A DNA stretch of 64,000 bases, from contig CAVPRW010000018.1 of NCBI GenBank assembly GCA_963707985.1, positions 128,001 to 192,000 of the forward strand. Reading direction: 5' to 3'. The notes beneath the pieces are model-generated. The model was not told the DNA's origin. It did no database searches and saw only the letters and a program-made list of their open reading frames with translations. Positions 45,401 to 53,606 of this stretch are shown piece after piece. This DNA is from an uncultured Nitrospinota bacterium. GTDB lineage: Bacteria > Tectomicrobia > Entotheonellia > J063 > CAVPRW01. The translations under genes were made by a program, and so were the position numbers. Each line of letters begins with the position of its first letter. Positions within the stretch are counted from its first letter, which is position 1.

Positions 45401-46055
45401 GAGCACACGCATTGGCGTGAAGGGACGGGAAGGTGCTGCCGCTTATGCTCGCGAACAGGGACTGAGCTCACAGGTCTCACCTCAGCAGGGGCTTATGCCC
45501 AGGCCAACACCGATGCACGAGGCGAGTGGCATGGCGGGGCACCCACTCCTGACCGTCCTCATTACCGACATGGAGGGCTCGACCGCTATCATCGACCGAC
45601 TGGGCGATGTGCAAGCCTATGAAGTGCTGCGTATCCACAATGCGCTGATCCGCGATTGCCTACGCACCTATGAGGGTACAGAGGTCGCGCACACAGGCGA
45701 TGGCATCGAGGCCTCCTTCCGTCTGGCCACTCATGCAGTGGAGTGTGCAATCGCAATCCAGCGGGCCTTTGCCCAGTACAACGCCGAACACCCCAGGATC
45801 CCCATTCGCGTGCGAGTGGGCATTAACGCTGGTGAGCCGATTACAACCGAGGGGCGAATTTTCGGGATGTCTGTCCATGCTGCCTTTCGGATTTGCACGC
45901 GTGCCCAGCCAGGCCAGATTCTGATTTCGAACATCGTGCGCCAACTGGTTGCAGGCCAGCGCTTTGTTGTTGTCAACCGCGGCCGTGTGGCCCTCAGGGG
46001 TTTCCAGGAGCGTGTCCAGCTCTATGAAGTGCAGTGGGACGATGCCAGAGAGTAA
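42432..46055 (+). CDS. STAND-type AAA ATPase + TPR-like region + LuxR HTH + C-terminal class III cyclase domain
   Basis: PPFVGR, GEAGIGKT, VDDLHWAD and GNPLFI. LuxR LSPMEVEVL...GRTLQEIA..L.LSPRTV..HV. Cyclase motifs TDMEGST, TGDG and RVRVGINAGE. Confidence 0.9.
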   Translation: MDSQSEVDLGTSLASLVRVSPPFVGRRQELDWLIRGLTEAIGGQPRLILMPGEAGIGKTRLLLEVQAEARRRGMLVGLGRCYEDLALPYLPFVGAWRTLIEQVPQDVARALGSDLEVIHRLVPQDVTPARGVHPLTATEADQDTLEMFLGVSRATIKLARHCAIFFIVDDLHWADQSSLDLFGHLVFTVADMASREPVPLLIIATYRQVEPETRVARLIARFEREQLCQTLALPGLDESEVRQLIGGLGLVRPSQQLTATVSAATRGNPLFIQEVLHHLVKQDALQRRGGYLVTTTSPADLQLPEDVMGALILRTHRLSKGCRTILKLASFLGESFSLQVLCALSGKSEEEVLELLEEGMHQRILLSDGLLFQFTHPLIRHVFYADPSVARRQRIHLQIVETLQRLYADGLDTHLLDIAHHLVRAGQAANADTVVTYARRAGDQAFRIFAWADAASYYEAALAAVESSGRLSVRDRAELHYWAGRARHRDQDVGPCLAHYEQAAEAYRQADDARGLARVLMEKAEIQYTLASVPLGTLPNLQPLEDILAALGEGEPALRGQIFAIMAQVYRNARQGDKAEGMARRALEIGQRLGDHHLSARASSALALAQLNDGQIKAALESYRSAFAYARRTDDLWLQGWPLQRMPLPLIVLGQLDEAEQVAQEACALTRTTHDWGDLSVASSHLASIAVVRGQFEATEKQAQETVLMVYRSGYFWGGVRALFALACARALRGAWAEAEDALDLLVHPEHPFHEAGPAFHAFAQAFRRLVRLYSGTVEPDIEPFAAELLRVVRSDTYSLAPLCALVELGDGIRAPQLVESAQQVLSQAAARGVVFSSGWMFLIPRILGVAATLHREWGAAEAHFREAIELASRARARPELGRAYLDYARLLVSRRRRGDRQRAIGLVEQARGVFTELGMEPFMLRAAQLVKPRQASPSLPQRRAVASPKTLSPMEVEVLLQTAQGRTLQEIATALMLSPRTVARHVSTMSTRIGVKGREGAAAYAREQGLSSQVSPQQGLMPRPTPMHEASGMAGHPLLTVLITDMEGSTAIIDRLGDVQAYEVLRIHNALIRDCLRTYEGTEVAHTGDGIEASFRLATHAVECAIAIQRAFAQYNAEHPRIPIRVRVGINAGEPITTEGRIFGMSVHAAFRICTRAQPGQILISNIVRQLVAGQRFVVVNRGRVALRGFQERVQLYEVQWDDARE

Positions 46056-46139
46056 ACACCTGTGACTCTTGCTCTGGGCGAATAGTCCAGAGCGCTACAG
46101 ACGATTGTCGGTCGTCGTTGGTTATGAAGGGAGGTCGTG

Positions 46140-46802
46140 ATGGGTTGCGCCGGGATGTCTGCTCATCTCTCAAAGGGGCCTGTGCATCGGGCAGTGGACT
46201 GGGTCGTCAATCATCAGCACAGAGACGGTGCATTCGATATGCGCCAGCGTTTTCTCGATGATCTCGAGTCGAACCGAGATTATCTCGACATTCTCAACGA
46301 CGCCTTGCGTGCCTTCCTGAGAGCGGAGGGACTCCCCCCCGAGTGGGCAGACAGGCGCGCCGATTTTCTCACCAGCTACCTCGCCGAATACTGGTATGGG
46401 TCCTGGTGGCCACAGCATCAACCGGTGATGCCGCTTGTGCGCGTGGGGTTGATCAAAGCCATCCATGTGGCCAATAAGGTCAAACCTCAGCTCCCCATCG
46501 AATCTCAGTGGGTTGCTGCTGGCCCTCACGATAATCCGGCGAGTCCCTTCGAGGTGATCGTTTCGCGTGGAGACCAGCAAGTCACGCGTCTCATGCTCAC
46601 ACCGGAGACCCCAATGGCAGCGGATCCGCGATTTCTCGAAGAATTGGCCGACATCTGGATCATCAAGCGCGGGCCTGTGGGGGCCTGGGAGGTCGAGGAA
46701 ATAGGAGAATTGGGACAACGAGCTGTGACCACACGTCTGAGAGCCTACCCGCTGAAGATGCCACAAGCCAGGATTAGTGACACACAACAGCCTTACAAGT
46801 AG
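46140..46802 (+). CDS. Hypothetical WWPxxQP-motif protein, paralog 2
   Basis: RBS GGGAGG. Shares ordered motifs with 39735-40307. Confidence 0.75.
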   Translation: MGCAGMSAHLSKGPVHRAVDWVVNHQHRDGAFDMRQRFLDDLESNRDYLDILNDALRAFLRAEGLPPEWADRRADFLTSYLAEYWYGSWWPQHQPVMPLVRVGLIKAIHVANKVKPQLPIESQWVAAGPHDNPASPFEVIVSRGDQQVTRLMLTPETPMAADPRFLEELADIWIIKRGPVGAWEVEEIGELGQRAVTTRLRAYPLKMPQARISDTQQPYK

Positions 46803-46840
46803 GCCAAAGGTGGGCGGGTGGGCTTAGGGATTTGGAACCA

Positions 46841-48322
46841 CTACAACCTCTTCAGGAACTGGAGACTCGGAGCGAACAAAAACTCGCCTCCCTTCATCGT
46901 GACGAATCCCCTAAAATCAAAAGGCGTCATCTCCGGTTTCCCCCACTTCAGCGGCCAGCGCTGTGCGACGGCACATGAGCCATGGCCCTGTTGGCCGACA
47001 ACCGGGTCAATGCCGGTGTTCATGCTGACGAAATCCGGAGAGTTGACCCACATTTTCTGGAGAAAACCGAATTGATTGGCCAGGCTGCTCTGAAAGCACA
47101 TGAATAGTAGCCCGACACCTCGCGTTGGCATTTGCTCTCGGCGCGGGTTGCTCTCCGGTTCCAGCGTGCGCTCACCATAGGGGACCCCGCGGCGAACGAT
47201 CCGCCGCCGCCGCTCCTGGTCCTGGAGTAATGGACTCCAGCCCGAGCCCAGGGGCACTCCCTGGGCTCGGGTGCTATCTCCACGTGGGTTTACCTTGCGA
47301 ATATGCGCACTGAATGGACATTTGGTGCCATCGGTGTCCTCAGCGTAGGTGAAGTTGTTCGGCACGCCCTCGTGCAGACCATCGACACCAAAGGAGGTCA
47401 GGGGGGTGCCATCCCTGAAGCGTCCCATGAGCAACGCTCCTGCCTTGTGCACGGCACTGCCTTTCAAACCAAGCCAGTGAGCCAGTTGCTCTTCGCGCTC
47501 GTGAAAGCCGCGTACATTTTGTTCGAGCTTCCTAAACACTAGGTAGCTGCCGAAACAGTCTTCTTCCGATGCAACATAGGGATCCGCAACTAGGATGAGG
47601 TCCAGGGGGGCACTCGGATCCCACCGCTGGACGCTGCCCTCCCTGCGTTCCGAGTCGAGATCGTGTGTGAGAAAGAGCGGTTGGCTGCGACCATCCACGT
47701 AGCCAAAGTGTTCGATGCGCTCTCCTCGATGGTTTCGCATCACCCGGCCCCGTTCGACCGTCAGGACAGTGGCGATTACCTCGGCAGCATCGATCAGCCG
47801 CCTCGTCTGGCGCAAGAGGAAATCCTCGTCGTCATCGGCGAGTAGAATCATCGCCTCGATCTGTCCGTTTTGATAGACGGCTTCCCACGTCATAGGGTCG
47901 GGATCGTTGAGCTCATGTTGAGCTGCTGCCATGCCATCGACAAATTTGATATTCACGACCACATGCTCACCAAGGATCGCAGGCTGTTCGAGGAAGCGAT
48001 TAAGGATGTCCTTCCTGGAATAGCCCAAGGCTTCATAGCCCCTCGCCGAGAGAAAAAAGCTGCCAAACAGGCCGCCGGGGACGCCATGGGTGCGGAACTC
48101 ATCAGCTTCCTTCAGCTGTCGGTGCGCCGAGGTGACATAATTGGCCGAAAAGTCTCGCACCCAGTCTCTAACCATCCGTGCTTCAGCCTTGAACTGAAGA
48201 AAGATGTGCACACTAAAATTCCGCCCATGTCCTTTAAGAATATTGCCCTGGAGATTCTGCAGCATGTTCTGATATGTGTCAGCTCGATGGTCAATGTACG
48301 TCCTGGTCAGGTCGACTGGCAT
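46841..48322 (-). CDS. DyP-type heme peroxidase, paralog 2
   Basis: Motifs LQGNILKGHGR, EHFGYVDGRSQP, HIRKVNPRG, IVRRG and GLLFMCFQ. Confidence 0.93.
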   Translation of the reverse strand: MPVDLTRTYIDHRADTYQNMLQNLQGNILKGHGRNFSVHIFLQFKAEARMVRDWVRDFSANYVTSAHRQLKEADEFRTHGVPGGLFGSFFLSARGYEALGYSRKDILNRFLEQPAILGEHVVVNIKFVDGMAAAQHELNDPDPMTWEAVYQNGQIEAMILLADDDEDFLLRQTRRLIDAAEVIATVLTVERGRVMRNHRGERIEHFGYVDGRSQPLFLTHDLDSERREGSVQRWDPSAPLDLILVADPYVASEEDCFGSYLVFRKLEQNVRGFHEREEQLAHWLGLKGSAVHKAGALLMGRFRDGTPLTSFGVDGLHEGVPNNFTYAEDTDGTKCPFSAHIRKVNPRGDSTRAQGVPLGSGWSPLLQDQERRRRIVRRGVPYGERTLEPESNPRREQMPTRGVGLLFMCFQSSLANQFGFLQKMWVNSPDFVSMNTGIDPVVGQQGHGSCAVAQRWPLKWGKPEMTPFDFRGFVTMKGGEFLFAPSLQFLKRL

Positions 48323-48867
48323 GATTGATCGTCCTTTCCTCTGGCTGATGGCGGCCGTAGGCGACAGGCACCGGGCTTTCCCGCAGTCGTGAGTATAGCA
48401 TTTTGCGGCGGATTTCCTCGAGTGAGGTCGCTCCCACCTCGGGCTAGGGTTATGCCGGCAGCGCCAGACGATCCTGGCTCACTGGCGTATAGTCGAATAG
48501 GTGCGACAGCCGATTGCCGAGAGCGATCGACTCAGTGTATAAAACTACGCAGCGGCAGGCAATGAGCTGAGGGGATCGCCTCTCCCTACATCCTGATTTT
48601 ATGTGTCAACAGTTCTGTGCATGGTTCACAACGCTGGTGTGCTTTGATCACCGGAGACAGTACTACTGGGCCGGACGCTTCGGAGTTGATAATACTGAGA
48701 GGGCTGTGGAGGCTGCGGATGCTCCAACTACGAGGCTTGCCCTTGAGAGTCTTCCGCTAAAGGGATAATAAGGCTACTTTTCAGTCGCAGTCAGCATGGA
48801 CCTCCGTATTAGCAATTATGGGATGTGAGCCGTCATGAATGAGGCAGCTCAGAATCTAGTAAAGTTA

Positions 48868-48897
48868 TTGACAGTCGGAGAAATGTAGAACTATTAT
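48868..48897 (+). promoter_or_regulatory. Sigma70-like promoter TTGACA-N18-TATTAT (module 3)
   Basis: Homologous to 36074-36109 (TATTGACAGT...AGAA.TAT.AT.TGA). Confidence 0.7.
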
Positions 48898-49019
48898 ATG
48901 ACAATTTCCTCAACGACCCGTGGGGCAACCGCCTACGGGTGTTACCCCATGCCGGGACAGAGGTGTGGCCCCCCGACGCCCTGGTACCAGGGGTCTCTCC
49001 AAGATGGGAGGGACTGGGC

Positions 49020-49553
49020 ATGGCTGAGCCGTCGAGGACAAATCCCGTTGAGCACCTGTCGAACTTTATCACATCTGATCCCGTGTCTGTGAGCCGTAGG
49101 GGAGAGCTACCCAGGTCGAGGAATATTCTGCAGGAGATGTGGTCAGTCACCCTGCGTCATCCCCATTGGGTAGGCTATGACCGAAATGATGGGGATCTCA
49201 TCCGCGTCTCTCTCCCTTTCCCCATTAGCTTTCAGGCCGCGCTGGACCAGTCTTCTCGGGAGAGCGCCCGCACCATCGGCACCGATGTACAGGATCGGGC
49301 GGAGTTCCAGTGTGAGGCAGGGCTTGCCCACCGGCGCGATCAAGACGTATGGCTTTGTCTCATCCATCCCAAAGATCCCATGACAGTGTATTGCCTTGCC
49401 GGTAAAATCTGGGACCTAACGAAGATTTTAGTGGAAAAATTCGAGACCAATTTGCCTTATGCTGCCGTTCGTCTCGGAACGCTGGCCGACCCGCAGCCCC
49501 TATATTTCTTCGATACTGCATGTTCACCTATCTTGCCGCACGCCTTGTCCTGA
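49020..49553 (+). CDS. Hypothetical protein
   Basis: The ATG follows the same GGAGGGAC RBS and leader as the gene at 36230. No family recognised. Confidence 0.65.
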   Translation: MAEPSRTNPVEHLSNFITSDPVSVSRRGELPRSRNILQEMWSVTLRHPHWVGYDRNDGDLIRVSLPFPISFQAALDQSSRESARTIGTDVQDRAEFQCEAGLAHRRDQDVWLCLIHPKDPMTVYCLAGKIWDLTKILVEKFETNLPYAAVRLGTLADPQPLYFFDTACSPILPHALS

Positions 49554-49593
49554 TTGCCGCGAGGAAGCTCAACGGGGAAGAAGGGGCGCTGCG

Positions 49594-49953
49594 ATGAGGG
49601 GCACAATGGGGACGATCTACATCTTCAGCGAGTGGCAGCTCGACACTCGTCTCAACGAACTGCGCTGTGCGGGAAAGCCCTTGGAGATAGAACCCCAAGT
49701 GTTTGATATGCTCTTGTATCTTATCGCGCACCGTAACCGCGTGGTTTCGAGCGAGGAGCTCATCGATCGCTTATGGCCCGAGCAAACCGTCGGAAAGGCA
49801 GCGTTGGTTCGCAGTGTCGTCCTGGCCCGACGGGCCATAGGCGACAATGGCAAAGACCAGTGGTGTATCAAAACCGTACGTAACCGCGGCTATCGCTTCG
49901 TGGCTCCTGTGGAAGAGCGTGTCGAGGCGCTTCCAGCAGGAAGCACGGGGTGA
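49594..49953 (+). CDS. OmpR/CadC-type winged-helix DNA-binding domain, possibly the frameshifted N-terminus of the next gene
   Basis: Motifs IEPQVFDMLLYL, RVVSSEELIDRLW, RRAIGD and IKTVRNRGYRF. Confidence 0.8.
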   Translation: MRGTMGTIYIFSEWQLDTRLNELRCAGKPLEIEPQVFDMLLYLIAHRNRVVSSEELIDRLWPEQTVGKAALVRSVVLARRAIGDNGKDQWCIKTVRNRGYRFVAPVEERVEALPAGSTG

Positions 49954-49972
49954 GTCGAGGCTGTCATTCTCC

Positions 49973-52900
49973 ATGGAGGGCTACCCTCAGGTCCAGGCAA
50001 GGGGGGCATCTACTCCTACCCTACCGTCTGGAGAAGCAGCACACCCTCTATTCAGTGCGCCTATCCCTCTACTGTATACGACTCCACAAGAAGGATTTAT
50101 AGCATGTCCGCAGTGTCGGCAGGAGAATAGTGGGATGAAGAGTCTCTGTGGGGAGTGCGGGGCTCGTCTGGTCCGGGTTTGTCCTGCCTGTGACCATGCA
50201 GAAAACCCACACGCGCGCTTCTGCTCTGCTTGTGGAACTCTGCTCATGCAGTTACCCCCAGTCACGGGGCCCCTGCCATCGATGCCACAGAGGAACCCAC
50301 AACCAGCACAGGTAAAGGTGGGGGGAGCCCCCTCGGCAGCGCAGGGAGAGCTCGAAGCCGAGCGCCGCCATCTGACAGTGTTGTTTTGTGACCTTGTTGA
50401 TTCGACCCCTCTCGCAATACATTTGGACCTCGAAGAGCTGCGCGAGGTGGTGCGGGCCTATCATGCCGTCTGTGCGGAGGTCATTGCGCGCTTTGACGGG
50501 TACATCGCCCAATATCTGGGCGATGGGTTGCTGGTCTATTTTGGGTATCCTCAGGCCCACGAAGACGATGCGCAGCGCGCCGTGCATACCGGGTTGGGCA
50601 TCGTCGAGGCTCTCGGCCCGCTGCAACGACGCTTGCAAAAGGTGCAAGAGGTCAGCCTCGCCGTGCGTGTAGGGATTCATACGGGCCTGGTGGTCGTGGG
50701 AGACATTGGGGACGGTGCCAGGCATGAACGTCTGGCCTTGGGTGAGGCCCCGAACCTGGCTGCCCGTCTGCAGGGGCTCGCCCTACCCGACACGGTGTTG
50801 ATCAGCGCCACCACGGCCCGGCTGGTCCGCGGGTGGTTTGTATGTGAGGGACTGGGGGATCAGATACTCAAAGGCTTCTCTGCACCAATGCCCGTGTACC
50901 GCGTCTTGGGGGAGAGTGGGGTTCAGAGCCGCCTTGACACGGTCGGTGCCAGTGGGCTGACTCCGCTCGTAGGTCGAGAGCAGGAGGTGGCCCTGCTGTT
51001 ACAACGTTGGGGGGACGCAAAGCGAGGGCTCGGGCAAGTCGTCGTGCTGGGCGGGGAGGCGGGGATTGGCAAGTCGCGCCTGCTGCGAGCCGTGCAAGAG
51101 GGCCTGGCGGATGAGCCATTTACTCGGCTGGAGTGTCGCTGTTTGCCCCATGCTCAGCACAGCGCCTTATACCCAGTGATCGACCTAGGTCGCCGTCTGT
51201 TGCAGTGGCAGCGAGACGAGGCACCTGATGTAACGCTAGGCAAACTGGAGGCGGCCCTGGCGCGACATGGCATGTCACTGCCAGAAGTAGTGCCATTGCT
51301 GGCCTCCTTGCTGTCTCTTCCCCTCTCTGACCGATATTCCCCACCGCAGCTCACGCCACAGCGGCAGAAGCAAAAAACCTTGGAAGTGATATTGGCGTTG
51401 TTGCGGGCCCGGGCTGCACAGCAGCCGGTGCTATTCATTGTCGAGGACTTGCACTGGATTGACCCCTCGACCTTGGAACTCCTGACGCTCTTCATCGACC
51501 AGGAACCGATGCCTCGCATCTTGATCCTGCTCACGGGTCGCCCAGAATTTCACCCACCATGGCGCTTCGGGGCGCATGTGACTTCACTCAGCCTGGGCCG
51601 TCTGCCTCCAACGCAGGTCGGACAGATGATCGAGCGGCTGACGGGGGGGAAACGCTTGCCAGCGGAAGTGCGCCAACAGGTCGTGGCCAAGACTGATGGC
51701 GTCCCGCTGTTTGTGGAAGAGTTAACCAAGATGGTGCTCGAGTCTGCCCTGCTCCGGGAACAGGCAGACCACTACGAGCTGCGGGGATCACTGCCTTCAC
51801 TGGCCATCCCAACAACGCTCCATGACTCCCTAATGGCCAGGCTAGATCGGTTGCCCAATGCCAAGGAGGTCGCCCAACTGGGAGCAACCCTGGGGCGGAC
51901 TTTCTCGTATGAGCTCCTGCGAGCTGTCTCTCCATGGGGCGAAGAGAGCTTACAAGATGCCCTGAGACAGCTTATAGACGCCGAACTGCTCTACCGTCGA
52001 GGTGTGCCACCGCACTTGACGTATGTCTTCAAGCACGCTCTCATCCAAGAGGCCGCCTACCAGTCGTTGCTCAAAAGCAAACGGCAACAGTATCATCAAC
52101 AGATCGTGCCCATATTGGAGCAGCGCTTTTCCGAGATCGCCGAGACCCAGCCCGAGTTGCTTGCCTATCACTATACCGAGGCAGGGCTGCCAGTGCAGGC
52201 GCTGCCCTACTGGCAGAGGGCGGGCCAGCTAGCTATCGAACGCTCGGCCAATGTCGAGGCAATCAGTCATTTCACGAAAGGGCTGGAGTCGCTCAAGGCT
52301 CTTCCGGAAACGCCAGAGCGTACGCGGCAGGAACTGGCACTGCAGCTTGCCCTCGGGTCGCCGCTCCGGATGATCAAAGGCGAAACGGCACCGGAAATGG
52401 AAGGCGTCTACACCCGGGCTTACGAGTTATCGCAGCAAGTAGGAGATCAGCAGCAACAATTCTCGGCGCTAGTGAGTCTGTCACGATTGTATCTCAACCG
52501 AGCGAGGATCCAGAAGGCGCGTGAGCTGGCAGAGCAGTGCTTTACTCTCGCGCAGTCCGTGCAGAATCCAATACTCCTCCAAGAGGGGCACCGGAGGCTG
52601 GGGGCAACTTTGTTTTTCCATGGGGAGCTCGTCGCAGCCCGCGTGCATTTCGAGCAGGGGATTGCCTTGTTTGATGTTCAGCAAGGTCACGTGCGACATG
52701 TTAGTGACAGGGTAAACCCCAGCGTGACTTGCCTCTCTTATCTGGCCTGGACCTTGTGGTTGCTTGGGTATCCAGATCAAGCTTTGAACAGGAGTTGTGA
52801 GGCGCTTAGCCTCGCCCATAAGTCGTCCCATACCTATAGTCTCGTCGTAGCGTTACATTACGCTGCAGTGCTCCGTCTAGCCCGTCGGGAGGCACGGCTC

Positions 52901-53521
52901 GCGCAAGAACTGGCAGAAGAAACGATACAACTCTCAGACATGCATGGATTTGCGCAGTGGTCGGTCGGGGGCCTATTCATGCGTGGTGGGGCGCTGATCG
53001 AGCAGGGATTGGTAGATGAAGGTATGGACCAGCTCCGACAGGCACAGACTGCCTCGCGGGCGATGGGTAAAGAGCTGGCGCAAACCCACATTTTTGTGAG
53101 GCTTGCTAAGGCGTGTTTGCAAGACGAACGAGTTGAGGAGGGCTTGCAGCTGCTGACTGAAGCACTGCATGTCATACACGAAAGTGGCGAGCGCTATCTA
53201 GAAGTAGAGGTGTATCGCCTTAAAGGCGAGCTGTTGCTGCAGCGTTACACAAGGAGCAACAGGGTGTTCGCGCCCCCTCAGCCAGGCCCAGTGCTAGCTG
53301 AGGTAGAAAACTGCTTTCGCCATGGCCTTGCGGTTGCCTGCTCTCAACAGGTGAAATCTCTTCAGCTCCGGACCGCAATGAGTTTGAGTCGCCTGTGGCA
53401 GCAACAGAGCAAACGCACAGAAGCCTACCAGCTATTGGCAGAGGTTTATGCCTGGTTCACCGAAGGATTTGAGACTCAGGACTTACAAGAGGCACAAACA
53501 CTCCTCAAGGCTTTAGTCTGA
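49973..53521 (+). CDS. Double zinc ribbon + class III cyclase + AAA ATPase + TPR protein
   Basis: CPQC/CGEC/CPAC/CSAC, then ERRHLTVLFCDLVDST, YLGDG and PNLAARLQ. ATPase motifs GEAGIGKS, EDLHWID and GVPLFVEE. Ends in WFTEGFETQDL. Start uncertain. Confidence 0.9.
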   Translation: MEGYPQVQARGASTPTLPSGEAAHPLFSAPIPLLYTTPQEGFIACPQCRQENSGMKSLCGECGARLVRVCPACDHAENPHARFCSACGTLLMQLPPVTGPLPSMPQRNPQPAQVKVGGAPSAAQGELEAERRHLTVLFCDLVDSTPLAIHLDLEELREVVRAYHAVCAEVIARFDGYIAQYLGDGLLVYFGYPQAHEDDAQRAVHTGLGIVEALGPLQRRLQKVQEVSLAVRVGIHTGLVVVGDIGDGARHERLALGEAPNLAARLQGLALPDTVLISATTARLVRGWFVCEGLGDQILKGFSAPMPVYRVLGESGVQSRLDTVGASGLTPLVGREQEVALLLQRWGDAKRGLGQVVVLGGEAGIGKSRLLRAVQEGLADEPFTRLECRCLPHAQHSALYPVIDLGRRLLQWQRDEAPDVTLGKLEAALARHGMSLPEVVPLLASLLSLPLSDRYSPPQLTPQRQKQKTLEVILALLRARAAQQPVLFIVEDLHWIDPSTLELLTLFIDQEPMPRILILLTGRPEFHPPWRFGAHVTSLSLGRLPPTQVGQMIERLTGGKRLPAEVRQQVVAKTDGVPLFVEELTKMVLESALLREQADHYELRGSLPSLAIPTTLHDSLMARLDRLPNAKEVAQLGATLGRTFSYELLRAVSPWGEESLQDALRQLIDAELLYRRGVPPHLTYVFKHALIQEAAYQSLLKSKRQQYHQQIVPILEQRFSEIAETQPELLAYHYTEAGLPVQALPYWQRAGQLAIERSANVEAISHFTKGLESLKALPETPERTRQELALQLALGSPLRMIKGETAPEMEGVYTRAYELSQQVGDQQQQFSALVSLSRLYLNRARIQKARELAEQCFTLAQSVQNPILLQEGHRRLGATLFFHGELVAARVHFEQGIALFDVQQGHVRHVSDRVNPSVTCLSYLAWTLWLLGYPDQALNRSCEALSLAHKSSHTYSLVVALHYAAVLRLARREARLAQELAEETIQLSDMHGFAQWSVGGLFMRGGALIEQGLVDEGMDQLRQAQTASRAMGKELAQTHIFVRLAKACLQDERVEEGLQLLTEALHVIHESGERYLEVEVYRLKGELLLQRYTRSNRVFAPPQPGPVLAEVENCFRHGLAVACSQQVKSLQLRTAMSLSRLWQQQSKRTEAYQLLAEVYAWFTEGFETQDLQEAQTLLKALV

Positions 53522-53606
53522 ATTAGCGGCAAGTTGCATCCCTCCACATGTCGCTGTGAGTAAGGTGAGCTAGGGAGAAAGCGATGTGCACTGTGAGGAA
53601 AGCGCC

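Noticed and set aside
40456..48322. DyP-encapsulin cargo system
   Set aside because: No encapsulin gene is present, and neither DyP has a C-terminal GSLxIGSL-type targeting peptide.
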